Of a DNA stretch of 64,000 nucleotides, positions 37,846-50,950 are shown one piece after another. Source of the DNA: Tubulanus polymorphus. Its lineage: Eukaryota > Animalia > Nemertea. The first letter of the stretch is position 1. Each line of letters opens with the position of its first letter. The stretch lies in assembly GCF_964204645.1 (NCBI RefSeq), contig NC_134031.1, positions 16,975,807 to 17,039,806 of the forward strand, in the 5' to 3' direction. The position numbers and the translations under genes are program-made. The notes under the pieces were generated by a model that ran no database searches, was not told the origin of the DNA, and was given only the letters and a program-made list of their open reading frames with translations.

Positions 37846-40634
37846 TCAAATCCTTTTTGAAGGAACTCTTGAGCGTAGGGCATTAGCAAATTCCAAATTA
37901 ACAAAGTCGGTGTCCTCATTAGATTGATTGCTAGATGGGTTTGGCTTTCTTGAATCGGGAATATCCGTTTTAATCTGGCTTAATTTCGGTGGTGTCGTGC
38001 CCGTTTCATTTGATTCAGATGATAATGGTTCTGATAATCGTCTTTGTCTCAGAGGTGGTAAAGGGGGTTTAACACTAACTCGCGATTCCCAGTCAGAGCT
38101 GTCATCAGTGACTTGTCCTTTCGTTCCGATTACTGGCAGTACGCTAGAATCTACATCCCGTTGCGTTGTAGATTTGTGCGTCTTGTTTTCGTTATTCAGC
38201 CAAGATGGTCGTAATCCCTTGTCAAGAGATTTACCGGGCGTTCCAGATTTCTGATTCTTAGCTTCCGATGTCATTGGTGTTGCTGAAATGTGGAAGCAAT
38301 ACATTCACATACACGTCAGACCAATGTAATAAAAACCCACTATTTACAGATTAAAAGTATCAAAACCGATAACTTATTGAATCGAAAAATATATTAAAAG
38401 ACACGACATTTCGATCACCCTAGGGAACATCGTCAGGTGCCCTGATAATGGTTTTTAGGGGGTTTTATTATATTGTTCTCGCTCCACGTTTGATTGTGGC
38501 TATTCTACCATTAAATGTAAGAACAAATTTACAAATATGGAATATAATATTTTGTTATTGAACTCACCGATACTGGTAGTAATTGGATGGCCAATTTGTA
38601 TTAAACCATGCGTTTTATCATTAGCGCATGTTTCTTGTAACAACGAAGATAGCTGATCACGTTCACATTGTACACTCGTCACAAGTTGGCGCAACGACTC
38701 GACAACGTCCGTTTGTTCATTGAGCCTATCATCGACGACGGCTTTTTCCTGCACCAGTCGCTGAAGCTTGTCGTCTTTAACACGTGAATCCTGCTTGAGT
38801 CGACCGTTTTCACGAGTTAGATCTGCCAGGTCGTCGATGCACGACCGTAGTTTCTTTTCCGAGTTGAGCAGACTCTCGGTTAACGTCTGTAGTTGCTCAT
38901 TAGATTCGTTGAGATCTCGTTCCAGTAACGAACACGTGTCCATTTGCTCTTTCACGTCTAGATTAAGTCTCCGAATCGTCAGTTCAAATTCATCTATCCG
39001 CTGAGCGTTTTGCTTCTCTCTTGTTCTTGCCTTTTCGATGACTTCATCTTTTTCGGCAATTTCCAATGTTAGGTTTGCTAACCGATGTTTACAATCTGAT
39101 AATTCTCGTTGATTACCTAGCAAATCATTTTCCACAACACTTATATATTCAACGTTGTTTTTCGAACATTCGTCGCTGCAATGCTGTGCCATCAAATGCT
39201 CCATCGATTTCAAATGTTCGGAATCCTTTTTAGAAATTTCGTCGTTCTTTGCGACTAATTCCGTTTCGAGTTCTTGAATACGTATTTGCAATTTGTTGCT
39301 ACCGTCACGCAGATGGTCAACAATTTCATGTTTTGCTGCTAAAGTTTCCCCCATCTCATCTAGATCATTTTGTTTAGTTCTCAAATCTGACTCAAGCTTG
39401 GCTGTTTCCTGTCTATGTTCTTCGTTTGTGTTGGCCATCATTTTTTGTGCATCATCAAACTGTCGCTGACACATTCTGAGTCTAGACTGTAAGTCCTCTG
39501 TTAGGTCTGTGTCGACATCAGTTTGTGTGCTGCACGAGACAACCTGAACATGAAAAAAATCAAAAATCAAAGATCACCAGTTCACACGATATTACGGTCT
39601 GGGCAGCGGCTCACAAATCAAACCATACCTTTTCTTCTTGTTTATTTCGACTCTTCAGTAAATCCCCAATTGTTATCAACTGAATTTCCAGACGTGTTGC
39701 TTTCGATCTCAATTCGTTGTTCTCTTGCAAAGTTCGTAAAAGTTGCGTGTGAATGTCGGCGTTTTCATCCAACGCCATTTTTACGTTGAGGTCGGCCAAA
39801 CGTCTCATTTGTCGTTCGTTCGGTAGGAAGTCGGGTGACATCCAAACCTCAGTTTGTATAGACTGTAAACCGGACTGCACTTCCTCGATGTCACGATCGA
39901 ATTTATTTTTCGTAGCTATTAACGCATTCCACAGGCCATCTTGCCACGAATGATCAATTTCATTCATCAACTTAATAACATCTTTGATCTTGATGAAATC
40001 AGATTTCACCGATTCTTTCGCGCGGTCGCATTGATCGTCAATCCAGGATTTTGCACGTTCATTTTCATGCTTTACCGAAGATGCCAGGTTTTCAAACTAC
40101 AAACATTTGCATACAAAGCATTAAGGTAATCAGTTTTTAAGTATAAAGCCGAAACCCTCGTATTCATCTATAATGATTGATTATGGTATTCTGTCATTGA
40201 CTTACTTCTTCTTTAATGAGTTTGCTTTCTTGTAATTCTTGTTCGAGTCTATTCATGAGCTCCGTGTTTTCATCATCAGCCAGCAAATATCGGTCGTAAT
40301 CGCGGTCTTTCTCGTCACGTATCGACTCTAACTCTTTCTCCAACTCGGCGCATCTCTCTAAATATTCTTTAGCTTGCTCCTTCGATCTTTCCGATTGTTT
40401 TCTCGAAATTGTAACTTGCCATTTTTCCTCCTCGTACTTTAATTTCGTCACATTAAGAGCATTTTGACAGAGCAGGTTTGCTTCGTTTAAATCGACATAT
40501 TTTCTTTCTAAATCGGAGTATGTACGTTTCCATGCGTCAATGTCTTCTTCGTATTTGGCTTTTTGTAGTTCGCACGTTTCATTTGGCAGATCAATCCCCA
40601 AACGACGAATTATCGTTTTCAGATCACTTGGCAT
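37846..40634 (-). CDS. Uncharacterised long coiled-coil protein, about 769 aa, 4 coding exons
   Basis: Exons 40634-40206, 40096-39629, 39543-38568 and 38282-37846 have GT-AG boundaries and sum to 2310 nt in frame. The body is E/K/L/Q-rich with heptad character and the tail is S/P/T-rich low complexity. No family recognised. Confidence 0.85.
38328..38510. mobile_element. Third copy of the Penelope-like family (last intron of the coiled-coil gene)
   Basis: ATAAAAACCCACTATTTACAGATTAAAAG...ACACGACATTTCGATCACCCTAGGGAACATCGTCAGGTG...CCACGTTTGATTGTGG. The minus strand of 38401-38439 reads CAC-CUGACGA...GAAAUGUC-GUG. Confidence 0.7.
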
Positions 40635-41760
40635 TTTGCAGCATTAAACTGATTTGCATTTGATTTATTTCGACGATTCCCAAGTGTTTCAATAGCGTAG
40701 ATTGTTTCTAAGGCCACCGTTTCCAAGCTACCATAAAATGGTGCTTAAAGATTTCGTAAAAAATGCAAATTTTACTTTTGTTATGTACAATGTTCATGGA
40801 ACATTAAGCTTTGAAAACATAGTTCTACGTTTTATTCTGGAGGGAACTGATGATCTCATGCAGAATTCTCAATTCATGCAGCTTTTAGTAATCAAACATT
40901 ACCAATTAATAAGGACCAGTAACCATGGCAATATGTAATATATATTATGTGAGGAAGGAAATATCGTGAGTAATAAAGTTAAGTACTGTAAATCATCTCC
41001 GAACATGAACACTAATTAGCTAAAAATGGAAATATTTCTTTATGGAAGTTTCTACTTGTGTGTCTCGGAAACAAACAAGAATTCACATAAAACAAAAATC
41101 CCGAGCTCTTCTGTTTGAGTTCCACAGTGTCAATATTTCTTAGATTAATTTTCGCCAATTCCATTCTGCCATCCTGTGACGCGCTATTCGTTAAGCGTCG
41201 TCGATTTATTTAATTGCGCGTTGATAATATGAAATACCATGCGCTCTCTTAAAGCTCGTTTATATACGCCGTCGATATTGAAGATTGGTTGTTGAAGGTT
41301 GATGAAACTTTATTAATATTATCATCACTATGAAACGCTCGGGAATGTGGCTATTAAGACGTGCAGTGTAGCGACGCTGTGATGATTAAAACGACATCGT
41401 CGACTGTGCGATCATTCAAGGAATAAACGCTAAAATTAAAGGTAGGCATATTATCAATATTGCGTCATTTAACTCTAGTTTAAGAATGATGTGATTGAGT
41501 ACTTTCTGGCTGAATATCGCTTCACGGACTGCGAAATACACGTACATGTATACCAACAGACATCTGATACAGTTCGAGTATCATCTCTGGGACAAGTAAA
41601 AACTACTTGTAAATCAAAACTAATATTCGTGGAAAGAGCATTACAATAATGCAGCGTGCTATATTTCATCAATGCCTCTCCCCAAGACCAGGGCCGTCAC
41701 CATGAGTAGTGTATGACCGGCTGATCACAACTCTAGATTAGTGGGATCAGCATTGCACCA

Positions 41761-41897
41761 CAATGGAACCTTTTTACAACGAGCTTCATGGGGCCAGAAA
41801 ATATGTTCGATTTAACCGATAGAACGTATGGTTCCTCAGTATGAAATTTTTGGTAATATTCGAATATATCCGAGGTCGTTATAACGAGGTTGTACTG
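41761..41897. mobile_element. Degenerate pogo/Tigger-like MITE
   Basis: Imperfect TIRs CAATGGAACCTTTTTACAACG...CGTTATAACGAGGTTGTACTG. Confidence 0.5.
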
Positions 41898-42369
41898 TTT
41901 TCAATTTTCCGGTTCACGATGGCAGAGGATACCTGACAAAACAGTAGTATATAAAAAATGCAGGTCGACTGGGCAATTCCGATGGCGAAACAATTTTACG
42001 CAATGACCTGTGAATAGGAGATGATTTTTCCTAGGAGAAGAAAATAGAATGCATGATTTCATTACAAATGAATTTTGATCTTAGAATAAGCAATCTCCCT
42101 TGATTGATTCTATTGATTTTGATTTGATTTCAGTTTTGTGTCCCATACAAACCCACCACACCTGCCGGTTATGAAACAGGAGGTTTACCGGACGGCAAGA
42201 TAAACCCATTTCATATCACACATAGACAGAAAATTTGCGTTTCATATTTTAAACTAACATCTCCAGAAGTGGAGGATATCCTTTTTCTCTCAGGTGACAC
42301 GTGTTCAAACAGAATCCCATTAGTCACACGTACAGTTTCTCTCATCAACCACGGATATAACGCGTCCAA

Positions 42370-43503
42370 ATGGGAGTTGAAACACGACCGACAACCATAC
42401 CGCTACCACTTCGGCTTATAGATAAAGGTAAAAATCTTCTTTTAAAATTTTGCACTTTTTTTAAACTAACAAAAATACATATATGGCGTATTTTTGGAAA
42501 ATGTATATAGTAGCCTACTATAAGCTTAGCTAATATAGAACTATCTTAGTGAATCTAATCATCATTGTGCGAACACATGTACGTAAAGCTTCTTTTAGAT
42601 ACGTCACAAATAACTTAATCGAAAACTTTTTTTCCAAATATTCAATAGCATGTATTTTCAACTCAATTCTGCGGAAATGTATATCCTAAATCTATCAACA
42701 CAAACTAATTAAATTGATACAGGTATGAATGAATTTCGGAGGCAGATGCTGCAGGCTCACAACTATGTTCGTCACAAACACGGATGCCCTGAAGTCAAAA
42801 TTGCGACAGATTTGGTCGATTCCGCTCAAAGATGGGCCGAAGAGATTGCCAATCGTGGTATTCCACTGTACAGCGAATCACCGGGTATTCCAAAAATCCT
42901 ACCAACACTTCAATATTCAATATATTCAATATTCTATATTCCTGAATGCAGTTTTTGTACTTTTTTATTTGTATAGGATATGGCCAGAATATCGCATTTG
43001 TGCAGGTTCCTAAGAGCACTACACCAACCGGGTCGCAGGTGACCCATCTGTGGTACAGCGAGCGTTACAAATTTGACTACCATCATCCACGCTATCTCAA
43101 AGGTGAGAAACGACTGTAGGATATCCTTCGCCAGCCATTTTCGGAACGAATAATAACGGACTTAAACCCTTCTCCAATGTTTCAATATTAGGGCACGGGG
43201 AAGTTTTTATCGTTTCATTGATTTTATCGTGAAAAACCTAGATTTAACAACTTTTAAAAAAAATTCATTACAGAAACAAGTCAATTCAGTCGAGTCATTT
43301 GGAAATCGACGGACGAAATTGGAGTTGGTATTTGCCAGATTACTGATTCAGATAAAAACATTTACGCCATCGTCGTAAACTATAGACCGCGAGGAAATAC
43401 GAATATGCCCGGCGATTTCGAGGTAAACGTTCCGGCACCGATTACCGGGCAATCACCCGATGAACTGATCTTATCCCGAGCTCACACCGAGGTTTTGATT
43501 TGA
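42370..43503 (+). CDS. GLIPR2: CAP/SCP superfamily protein, GAPR-1/GLIPR2-like, about 191 aa, 4 coding exons
   Basis: Exons 42370-42427, 42723-42884, 42977-43102 and 43274-43503 join in frame (576 nt). Motifs: LQAHNYVRHKHG, AQRWAEEIA, GQNIA, WYSE..KFDY, FSRVIWKST.EIGVG, VVNYRPRGN. No signal peptide and no Cys-rich tail. AATAAA at about 43520. The symbol is family-level. Confidence 0.88.
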
Positions 43504-43890
43504 ATTAACCTGGATATCAAATAAAACTTCTCATCTGGATTAATTTTCACTGCTGTTATGTTGAGTCCTCGTCAACGAATTGTTCATACTAGTAAATAGG
43601 GATCTCTGAAAAACAAGAAATTATGTTTTTCCCGCGCTTCGAGGTCGTTCCCACAATCTGTTGGGTTCGAATTTGACTTAGTTGTATTATTGTACATGTA
43701 GTATGTAGCACATGTAATTGTGTTAATTTAAGACAATAAAACCATTGGTATTAATTCAAATGAGCTTTAGTTGAGTGTACATGATTGCAGGACCGCATCA
43801 TCTAATTTCTCTCAGTTATATGGTTTCACCCATAAAGGGTTAATCTTTCGGTAACGAAAGGACGGCGGCGCTGAGTGTGGAGCAACAATA

Positions 43891-45602
43891 ATGACGACGT
43901 TTAGCAGTTTCTGCTTTCTCACTCGGAAGATTCTGAAATATCTTCCTAAATATGTTATGGCAATGTTGTTCGTGCTCGAATTTATAAATATATCTACTGC
44001 AGGTAATTCAATCTCGATTCTGTATTTACTCCATCGCATTTAAACAGCGATAGATTGATTGAAAACATCAAAATCCCCGCTTGCCGGGGCGTTTGAATGC
44101 AAATCAAATGCCTCTTTATTGCCTGAAATGAGGGTCTCATCTCATTCTTCTATCTCGTAGATAACCGAAAGATTGTCACCAAAAATCTCCTCGATCCCGA
44201 CAGCGACCTTTATTTCTACCTCATTCACCCTAAACATTTGAGTTACTTTTATCGAATCCGGCCAGCGAAAGATTTTGGTAAACCTCTAGTAAGTAGCCTT
44301 AGACTAACAGATGTTAATGCCATGATTGCATTTCTGAATTAGGATTTTCAGTCAGAATCAGTCCTGCATATGGAATAGTTCAATTTCACCTGCCGCGGTT
44401 GAATTTGTATTTTTTTTGCAGAATTTTACGATGAATGGTATATATTTGGTGCCAGTTGAACCGATCCAAGGCTGCGGCGAAATAACAAATAGTTTAATAG
44501 TTAAAGATAACATAGCTTTCGTTGTACGTGGGTGAGTATTTTTAGCCTAATTGGATTTAGCCGAATTGAACAATGAATACAGTTGACTCCTAGTTAGTTA
44601 CCTAATCGTCTGTGGTCAGCTTTTAGAATCTGATCTGATGGGGAGATACCAATATGAAGATATCTGATCGTGACACTAGACCACACACTGACTTAGTCGA
44701 CTCCCAACTGGAATCAGTTGGAGCCTGTTATTTTTGTTTCAAGTTACATAGATGATGATTTTAATTGTCAGAAAATGGTAGTTAATTCACATTCTGTTTG
44801 TTGCAACAGTTCTAATAATGTTTGTTTTTGAGTTCGGCGATAATTTGGCTTGAAGGCGATTCTACTGCCGTTGGTTAGGCAAGGTCTAAATTCTTGAAAA
44901 ATGTTTCTTTTTTTCAACTTATTCAGAGAATGTTCCTTCGTATCGAAAAGTTTACAAGCCGAGGCCGCCGGCGCGAGGGCTATCATCATATTCGACAAGG
45001 AAGAGAAAAATGACGATATGTACATCGATATGATCCACGATGGTACAAAAAGGGAGAGCAATTTACCGGCTTTCTTTCTGTTAGGAAAAAATGGGTATGA
45101 TACACAGACTCACTCAATGAACCTGACATATTCTATAATATATGTATATGCAAAATTGTTTTTTAAAGAAATGCTTGATTTAGCCTTCATATCTGCTACT
45201 TAATCAGTGAAATGAAGATAGTTTTCTGAATTATAAAATCTTAATTATAGTATGAGCTTAAAGAGATTGTGTGGAGTGGGTTGCATATTTGTGGGTTCAA
45301 CTTATTTTGATAAATCATTTTGAGTCTGATAACCATAGAAACTATAGCACTTGGAATGTAGTTCTACGTGAACCCCGTTAGTTTGTTGTGGTAGGATTTC
45401 TCCTTTCGTCGCGATATACTCTACCTGTACCTTGTATTTTGTCGAATCAATCTCGCTTCAATGGCTTCCACACATTTTCAGATGGATGATACAAAAATCT
45501 CTAGAAGCGATGAAAATGTCTCATGCGATAATTGATATGCCGATAAACGTGACCGGGATTCCGACCAATGACTTTATGCAGCCACCGTGGACGCTGTGGT
45601 GA
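43891..45602 (+). CDS. PRADC1: Protease-associated domain-containing protein 1, about 212 aa, 5 exons
   Basis: Exons 43891-44002, 44161-44288, 44422-44531, 44927-45094 and 45482-45602 join in frame (639 nt). Motifs PAKDFG, IAFVVRGECSFVSK, AGARAIII, DMIHDGT, PAFFLLG.NG and C-terminal QPPWTLW match PRADC1 as I recall it; the N-terminal segment is hydrophobic. Confidence 0.93.
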
Positions 45603-45998
45603 TCGATGAAAAAGTGTGCTTAAAACGTGCCGTTCAAACAGACTATGCAACGAATTCCTCAAGGATATTTAAAGTCTTCCAGGTGTCCGACGATTCAGAG
45701 TTTCATCACTGCTTTTTAATGCGTATCGATTTCACGCAGGTCACGCTACGACGTTTTAATTGAATTCATTTCTATATGAAAATATTACTGATCGCATAAT
45801 TTAGTCATTTTAAACTTTGTAGTAAATTGCGTAGAAGAAAATTTTTACATTTCGATTGATCGCCATTGATTGATAATTTATAGTTTAATTATCAGCAGCG
45901 GTAGCTTTCCTTTCTGGCCACGAAACGCTTGTAGGATTTTAGATTTGTGAGGCTAATTTCATTGTGCTACGTATCGAATTATTGCTAGATATGTAATA

Positions 45999-46140
45999 CA
46001 GTAGAATTCGCTTAATTCAAATCACATCAGACTGGATAATTTTGTCCCAATTATGTGCCCTCATTTGAATAGAAATAATCTAGAGGGGACTGGAATTTAA
46101 GTCCGAAATAAGTGAAAATCGAATTATGCGAGTTATACTG
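45999..46140. mobile_element. pogo/Tigger-like MITE with TA target duplication
   Basis: ta|CAGTAGAATTCGCTTAATTC...GAATTATGCGAGTTATACTG|ta, a 20-bp TIR with 3 mismatches. Confidence 0.75.
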
Positions 46141-46894
46141 TACATGTATTGAAAGCATTCTTAACGATCATAGTTCGATGAACGATGTATTTTTCAGATT
46201 GGCTCATTTTCTGATTTGCTGAATCCAAGTAGAATTATGAATGCGATGTCTATTGGAGTTTGTTAAAACATGGTTTTCGCGGTGTATAAAGTTGATATCG
46301 GCCGGTGTTTGAATTATCAGTGTGTTTAGATTGTGAACTGGTTATCTATAGATATGTAAGCGCAGTGTAACAGGTGGTCTGTTTACATTGTCTATTCATC
46401 TGTTCATATTTTATGACCATCATTTAGCGACTGTCGTCGTTTTGTGCTGGAACTGTCTCGATCATTACCATTTAAAGATAGAAGTCATCGCGCGAAAAAT
46501 ATTGCACGACTTAGAAACCTCATCAAATGAACTCATTCTCATGTCTTGTCGAAGTATTTCATTCTCATGAAGTATTTGTGTAACGTTTGATCCAATTCTT
46601 AACTTTCACCGGGGACCTTTAACAATGAAATGTGTATGTGAATTATTTTACTTGCTGTAGATGATATATCTTAGCATTTAAATGTTTGGCTCGGTCTTAT
46701 ATTTAGGCAAATTTTTTGCCGCTTGGCTTATGGATGAATGTATCGTTTCAATACTCGCTTTAGTATGTTGATTTAGTCCTTTCTCTCTTTTATCTGACTT
46801 GTATGGCATAAGCCACTGACTTTGCTATATCATATTCTGGCCAGTGTGATATGTATGAATTATTTTGGAGTGTGTCGCCGTGGATAATTGGATG

Positions 46895-47000
46895 GGGGCC
46901 ATTCATTTATTACGTACGCATTAGGGGAGGGGGAGGGGTCAGTGCAATTGCGTACTGTAAAAATTCAAATTTTATGCGTAAGTAAATAATGAATGATCCC
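46895..47000. mobile_element. Short MITE (probably Harbinger-like)
   Basis: Inverted ends GGGCCATTCATTTATTACGTACGCAT...ATGCGTAAGTAAATAATGAATGATCCC around a G-rich interior. Confidence 0.65.
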
Positions 47001-48839
47001 ATGCTTCAAGAATCGGCATAAACTGTATACGTTCATTGTTTTTGTTGGAAAGTTTTAATAAAACAAATTCGTTTTTCAAGATTTTAGTCTCGCTTATCTT
47101 ATCTATCATGGTCGGCGAACTTTGGTGGAGTAGCACATTGTGGTCCTTTCTAATCTTCTTCATCAGAAATGCGTGAACCAATGTTTTTTGAATAAACTCA
47201 TAAATGACTCCTGCCAGGAACGTAGAAAGGGGCCCCAAAACTTCCTAGACCTATGTGTATATATATATAGAACATGAAATGAATAGCGTAGTTAGGCGCA
47301 AAACCTTTTAAGGGGCCCAACGTCAAGAGCAGAATTTGGATCATTTTTGAGACCTAGAACAGTTTTTCTGTCCTGAAACAAAAGGTCTAGCAATAATTTG
47401 CCACTATCTGTGGAAATGTTATCGCGGAAAATAATGATAAGGGGGTCAGGGGCGTAAATATACTATGACATTACGTGGATCTTGCTCATACACAAACGGC
47501 GGACATTAAGACAGAAACCCATTATCTAATTAAATTGTCACAAAACAAAACATGTTCTATCGGAAGGGATTTCCATGTACATGTTTATACGTATCACCGT
47601 TGCTTTTTTAAAGACATACGACACCCGAGAGAGAGGGAGGCGCGAGTGCAATTAAAATCGACAGGAACATTGATGTATGTCTGTATCACAAAAGTGAACG
47701 CGCACGCGCCGTTCAAATCATCTTGTCACACATCAGTACTGATTCGTGTATGATTAAAGTTCAATTTTGACAACTAAGGCGACAAGACTGGCGTTAACTT
47801 CGATCGCGCGCGGGGGTTTTAATCTATAATTTGCCGTGTAATACCGACTGACGATTGACAGCGCCGCGATTTCAAACGCTCTCCCGAAAACGCGACGCTG
47901 GATGAAAATGTTGAATTCAGCGAGGAAATGATGTCACGGTCTGACGAACACGTGACACGTTCATGTATGTATGACTCGTTATAAAACCTTGATTGTCAAA
48001 CCACGCACTGAAGCTGCAACTTAAATACTGATGGATATTAACCACGATCAAACTGATAACTGATAGCTGATAGCTCGCGCACCGAATCGCTCGAATGGAG
48101 GACGCCTCGAGGTGTTCGCTATAAATAATTATAACCAGACACCCATCGGGGACAAAGATTTCACAATTTTCTATCGAAATTAGATTCCTTTCCGTACAGC
48201 TGCGCCAAATCCACTTAGAAACTTTTTTTTAAACGCAAAGCTGAATAGGGGATCTTTTCGGCAGGTAATGTTACAGTTTTCTGGTAAAAGGAAGCGTATA
48301 TGGGAAACAAGGTAGATTCTTAAGAATATCTGCTTAATCAGAAGGGGCTATAGCTAGGCCCGATGCGATGCATTGTATTATCGCGTATTTCAGTTGAATG
48401 AACATCAAATACTGCTAAAAGAAAATGCCGTGCTATAATATTCAACTGATGATGAATTCATAAAAACACTAAAACCCTCAAAGGAAATCCGCTTTACTGG
48501 CAACACGCGCCTACATTGAGTAATCACTGTACAAGCTGCATCAACAAAACTGGAAAAAACACATCAGGAAACAACGGGATTTCTGTCGCGATGATATGAA
48601 ATGAAGTGGAGGGGATGATGATGTTTCTAGGAAACCAACACGTGTTTGCATTCAAATCGCAGTAGCTGTTTTCAGAATTTCTATAATCAAAAAGGAAGCT
48701 AGGTGCTTGTGGAATAGTTTTCAGTTCGTGCTGTAATTTTGATGTAAGGTATTTTTGCATGAAGGATAATTTAGCTACTGTAGATAGATAGAAACAATAT
48801 TGAAGTTAACTTCTTTTCGCTTTGTCCGCATACGATTTT

Positions 48840-50950
48840 CAAGGATTCGAACCTAAGATTGTGGTCGCCGCAATTGAAATTTTAGAAGCAAGTCTTATGG
48901 TAATGATCTTGTAGTCCACGGTAACATTGAGAATTTCATGTTATCGTATCGTCCTCGGCATATGGGACAAAGGCTCGTATGCTCAGCTCAGTTCTGCGCC
49001 AGAAGACTCAAATACAACATTAGCTAATGCAACGACGATGAATCCTTTTTCCCAGAAGAGTTTATCACATGTTGGTGACGAGAGGGATATCTTCCGGGTT
49101 TATCGTAATAAAAGACACTGAAATGTGTAGGCTTTCGTTTTCCGTGTGCAATTGCCCATCGTCTGGACGATCCGTTAGAAGAACATGAAAATATCAAAGG
49201 TGGATTGGACATGAGACAAAATACAATCCTCATGTGAATGCTGAAGCTAGATTTAGACACGTTGATGGTCGCTTAGGGATGATGGGGGATGCAGATTTTC
49301 ACGCCATGCTTTTAGCCGAAGTAATCCAGCTATTTCCTCTCCATTAGGGCAGTGATTTGTTGCACCATTTTGTTGCCGGTCAGCCTGTTCGTGGTGATTT
49401 GTGATAAAATGCTTTTTTGAACGGTTTGGCATTATCATTCCCCGCTTAGTTGTCGTCGAGACTAATGAAAACGATTACTCGTCGAGATTTTGTTGTCTAA
49501 GCTGTTGAGATCTCTTCTTAGGGCTTAAACCAAGAAAAAGATCACCGACAAATTACACGAAAACAGTTCAAATTTCGCCGTTTATTTCCCGTTAAACCCA
49601 TTTACGCAAACAGTTCGGGTTAGTTGATGAACGAACGAACTTTGATACTACAGTTTCTGTCAAGAGTAATATTCTCGTGGAAGAAGACAACAGGGTCGGG
49701 GATGGTCGCCAAGACGAACCTAATTAGGTATTTCGATTCAGTCTCTTACGCACGTATTGACACCCATAGAAGTTCTCCAGTACTGTTTTACAATAACTAA
49801 CGTACCATCCAATTTCCTGTTGTACCCTGTCGGCTCCGAGAACACGAACGCGACAACCAGAAGTCGTTATTCGTGAAACCAAATATCTGCACTTTATTCG
49901 TGCGTATATTGCTGGTAGGAGTGTAAATGAGCTTCGAAACAAAAGGCTCCTTCCGATTACTCGTGTGGATAGATAGATCTCCGATGGCTTTTCGTAACTA
50001 CACCGAAAAAGTAAACATATCCTTGTGTCCCGATCCGATTTCAGAGGTATGATTGTATATAATACTTTCAAATATATATGAAAAATGTCAGAAATTATAG
50101 TGTTTTTTCATTGTTTCTATGGTAATACAGGGCCCAGTTCCATAGACAAGGCTTAGACTTATTAAGACCAATCTAAGACCATTTTGGTTCTACAACCAGT
50201 CTATCTATTTTGACTTTTGAATAAGTCAAAAAGTCTTATCTTATGACTCATCTTAAGTTCGGACTGGTCTCAGACTGGTCTTAAGTCTAAGCTATGACTG
50301 TGCAACTGGCCCCAGTACAACGGTATAACTTGCACAATACCCGCATCCTACGAACCAACACCCATCAACAGTATAATACAGTCGAACGGAATGAACAGCT
50401 CGATCCATGCTTCTATAAATTAGGTTTCCCAGACTCTGCTCGACAGAATCAGCGGGATTATGCATTCTAGTTATACAACTAGTTCAATGAAAGTGTAGTC
50501 AGCTGAGCGTGGCATTGTAAGACGGAAGGATACGGATCTTGTAGCCGTCGTAACGATGGTGCAGCCACTTGTGGATTAGTACCGGTTCAGCTGATCGCAT
50601 AACGCTTGGCTGATTCTGAATTTGTTCGTCTTTCTAGCTTCTCATGATGTATTTATCGGTCGGCTGTATAGTTCTAACGACCGACGTCACTTCACCAATC
50701 TCAGATTTGATTATAATCACTTTGCTTCCGTCATCAACGTTCAACGACCGTGAAGAGATATTACCTCCTTCCTGTTTTGGAATGGTAACGTAAAGTAGCC
50801 CCCGCATTGTCCGTTATTTTTTAAGTAATGCTATTTCTATTCTATGTACATGTACAGCAGTTACAATTTTACAGTTAACATTAATCAAATGGAAAAATAG
50901 ACCTCTTCTTGATAAGAATGGAGCTAGTTTTTCTACTTCGATGACAAGGT
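48840..50950 (-). pseudogene. Probable highly decayed L1/Tx1-clade LINE ORF2 fragment
   Basis: Minus-strand peptides occur in the order expected for ORF2: DDGSKVIIIKSEIG (about 50735, endonuclease-like), LFLGLSPKKR (about 49535), KPG../PEDIP (about 49095), then KLFWEKG...VFES and, in the same frame, VDYKIITIRLASKI (about 48920). Many stops and frameshifts; recognised by eye only. Confidence 0.4.
50131..50312. mobile_element. Harbinger/PIF-like MITE with CAG target duplication
   Basis: cag|GGCCCAGTTCCATAGAC...GACTGTGCAACTGGCCC|cag with TAAGAC subrepeats. Same family as 54746-54883 and the fragment at about 25480-25570. Confidence 0.8.

Noticed and set aside
37928-39953. Plus-strand ORFs overlapping the coiled-coil gene (likewise the alternative-frame ORFs over the GPCR and PRRT-like genes)
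   Set aside because: Antisense or off-frame shadows of real coding exons.
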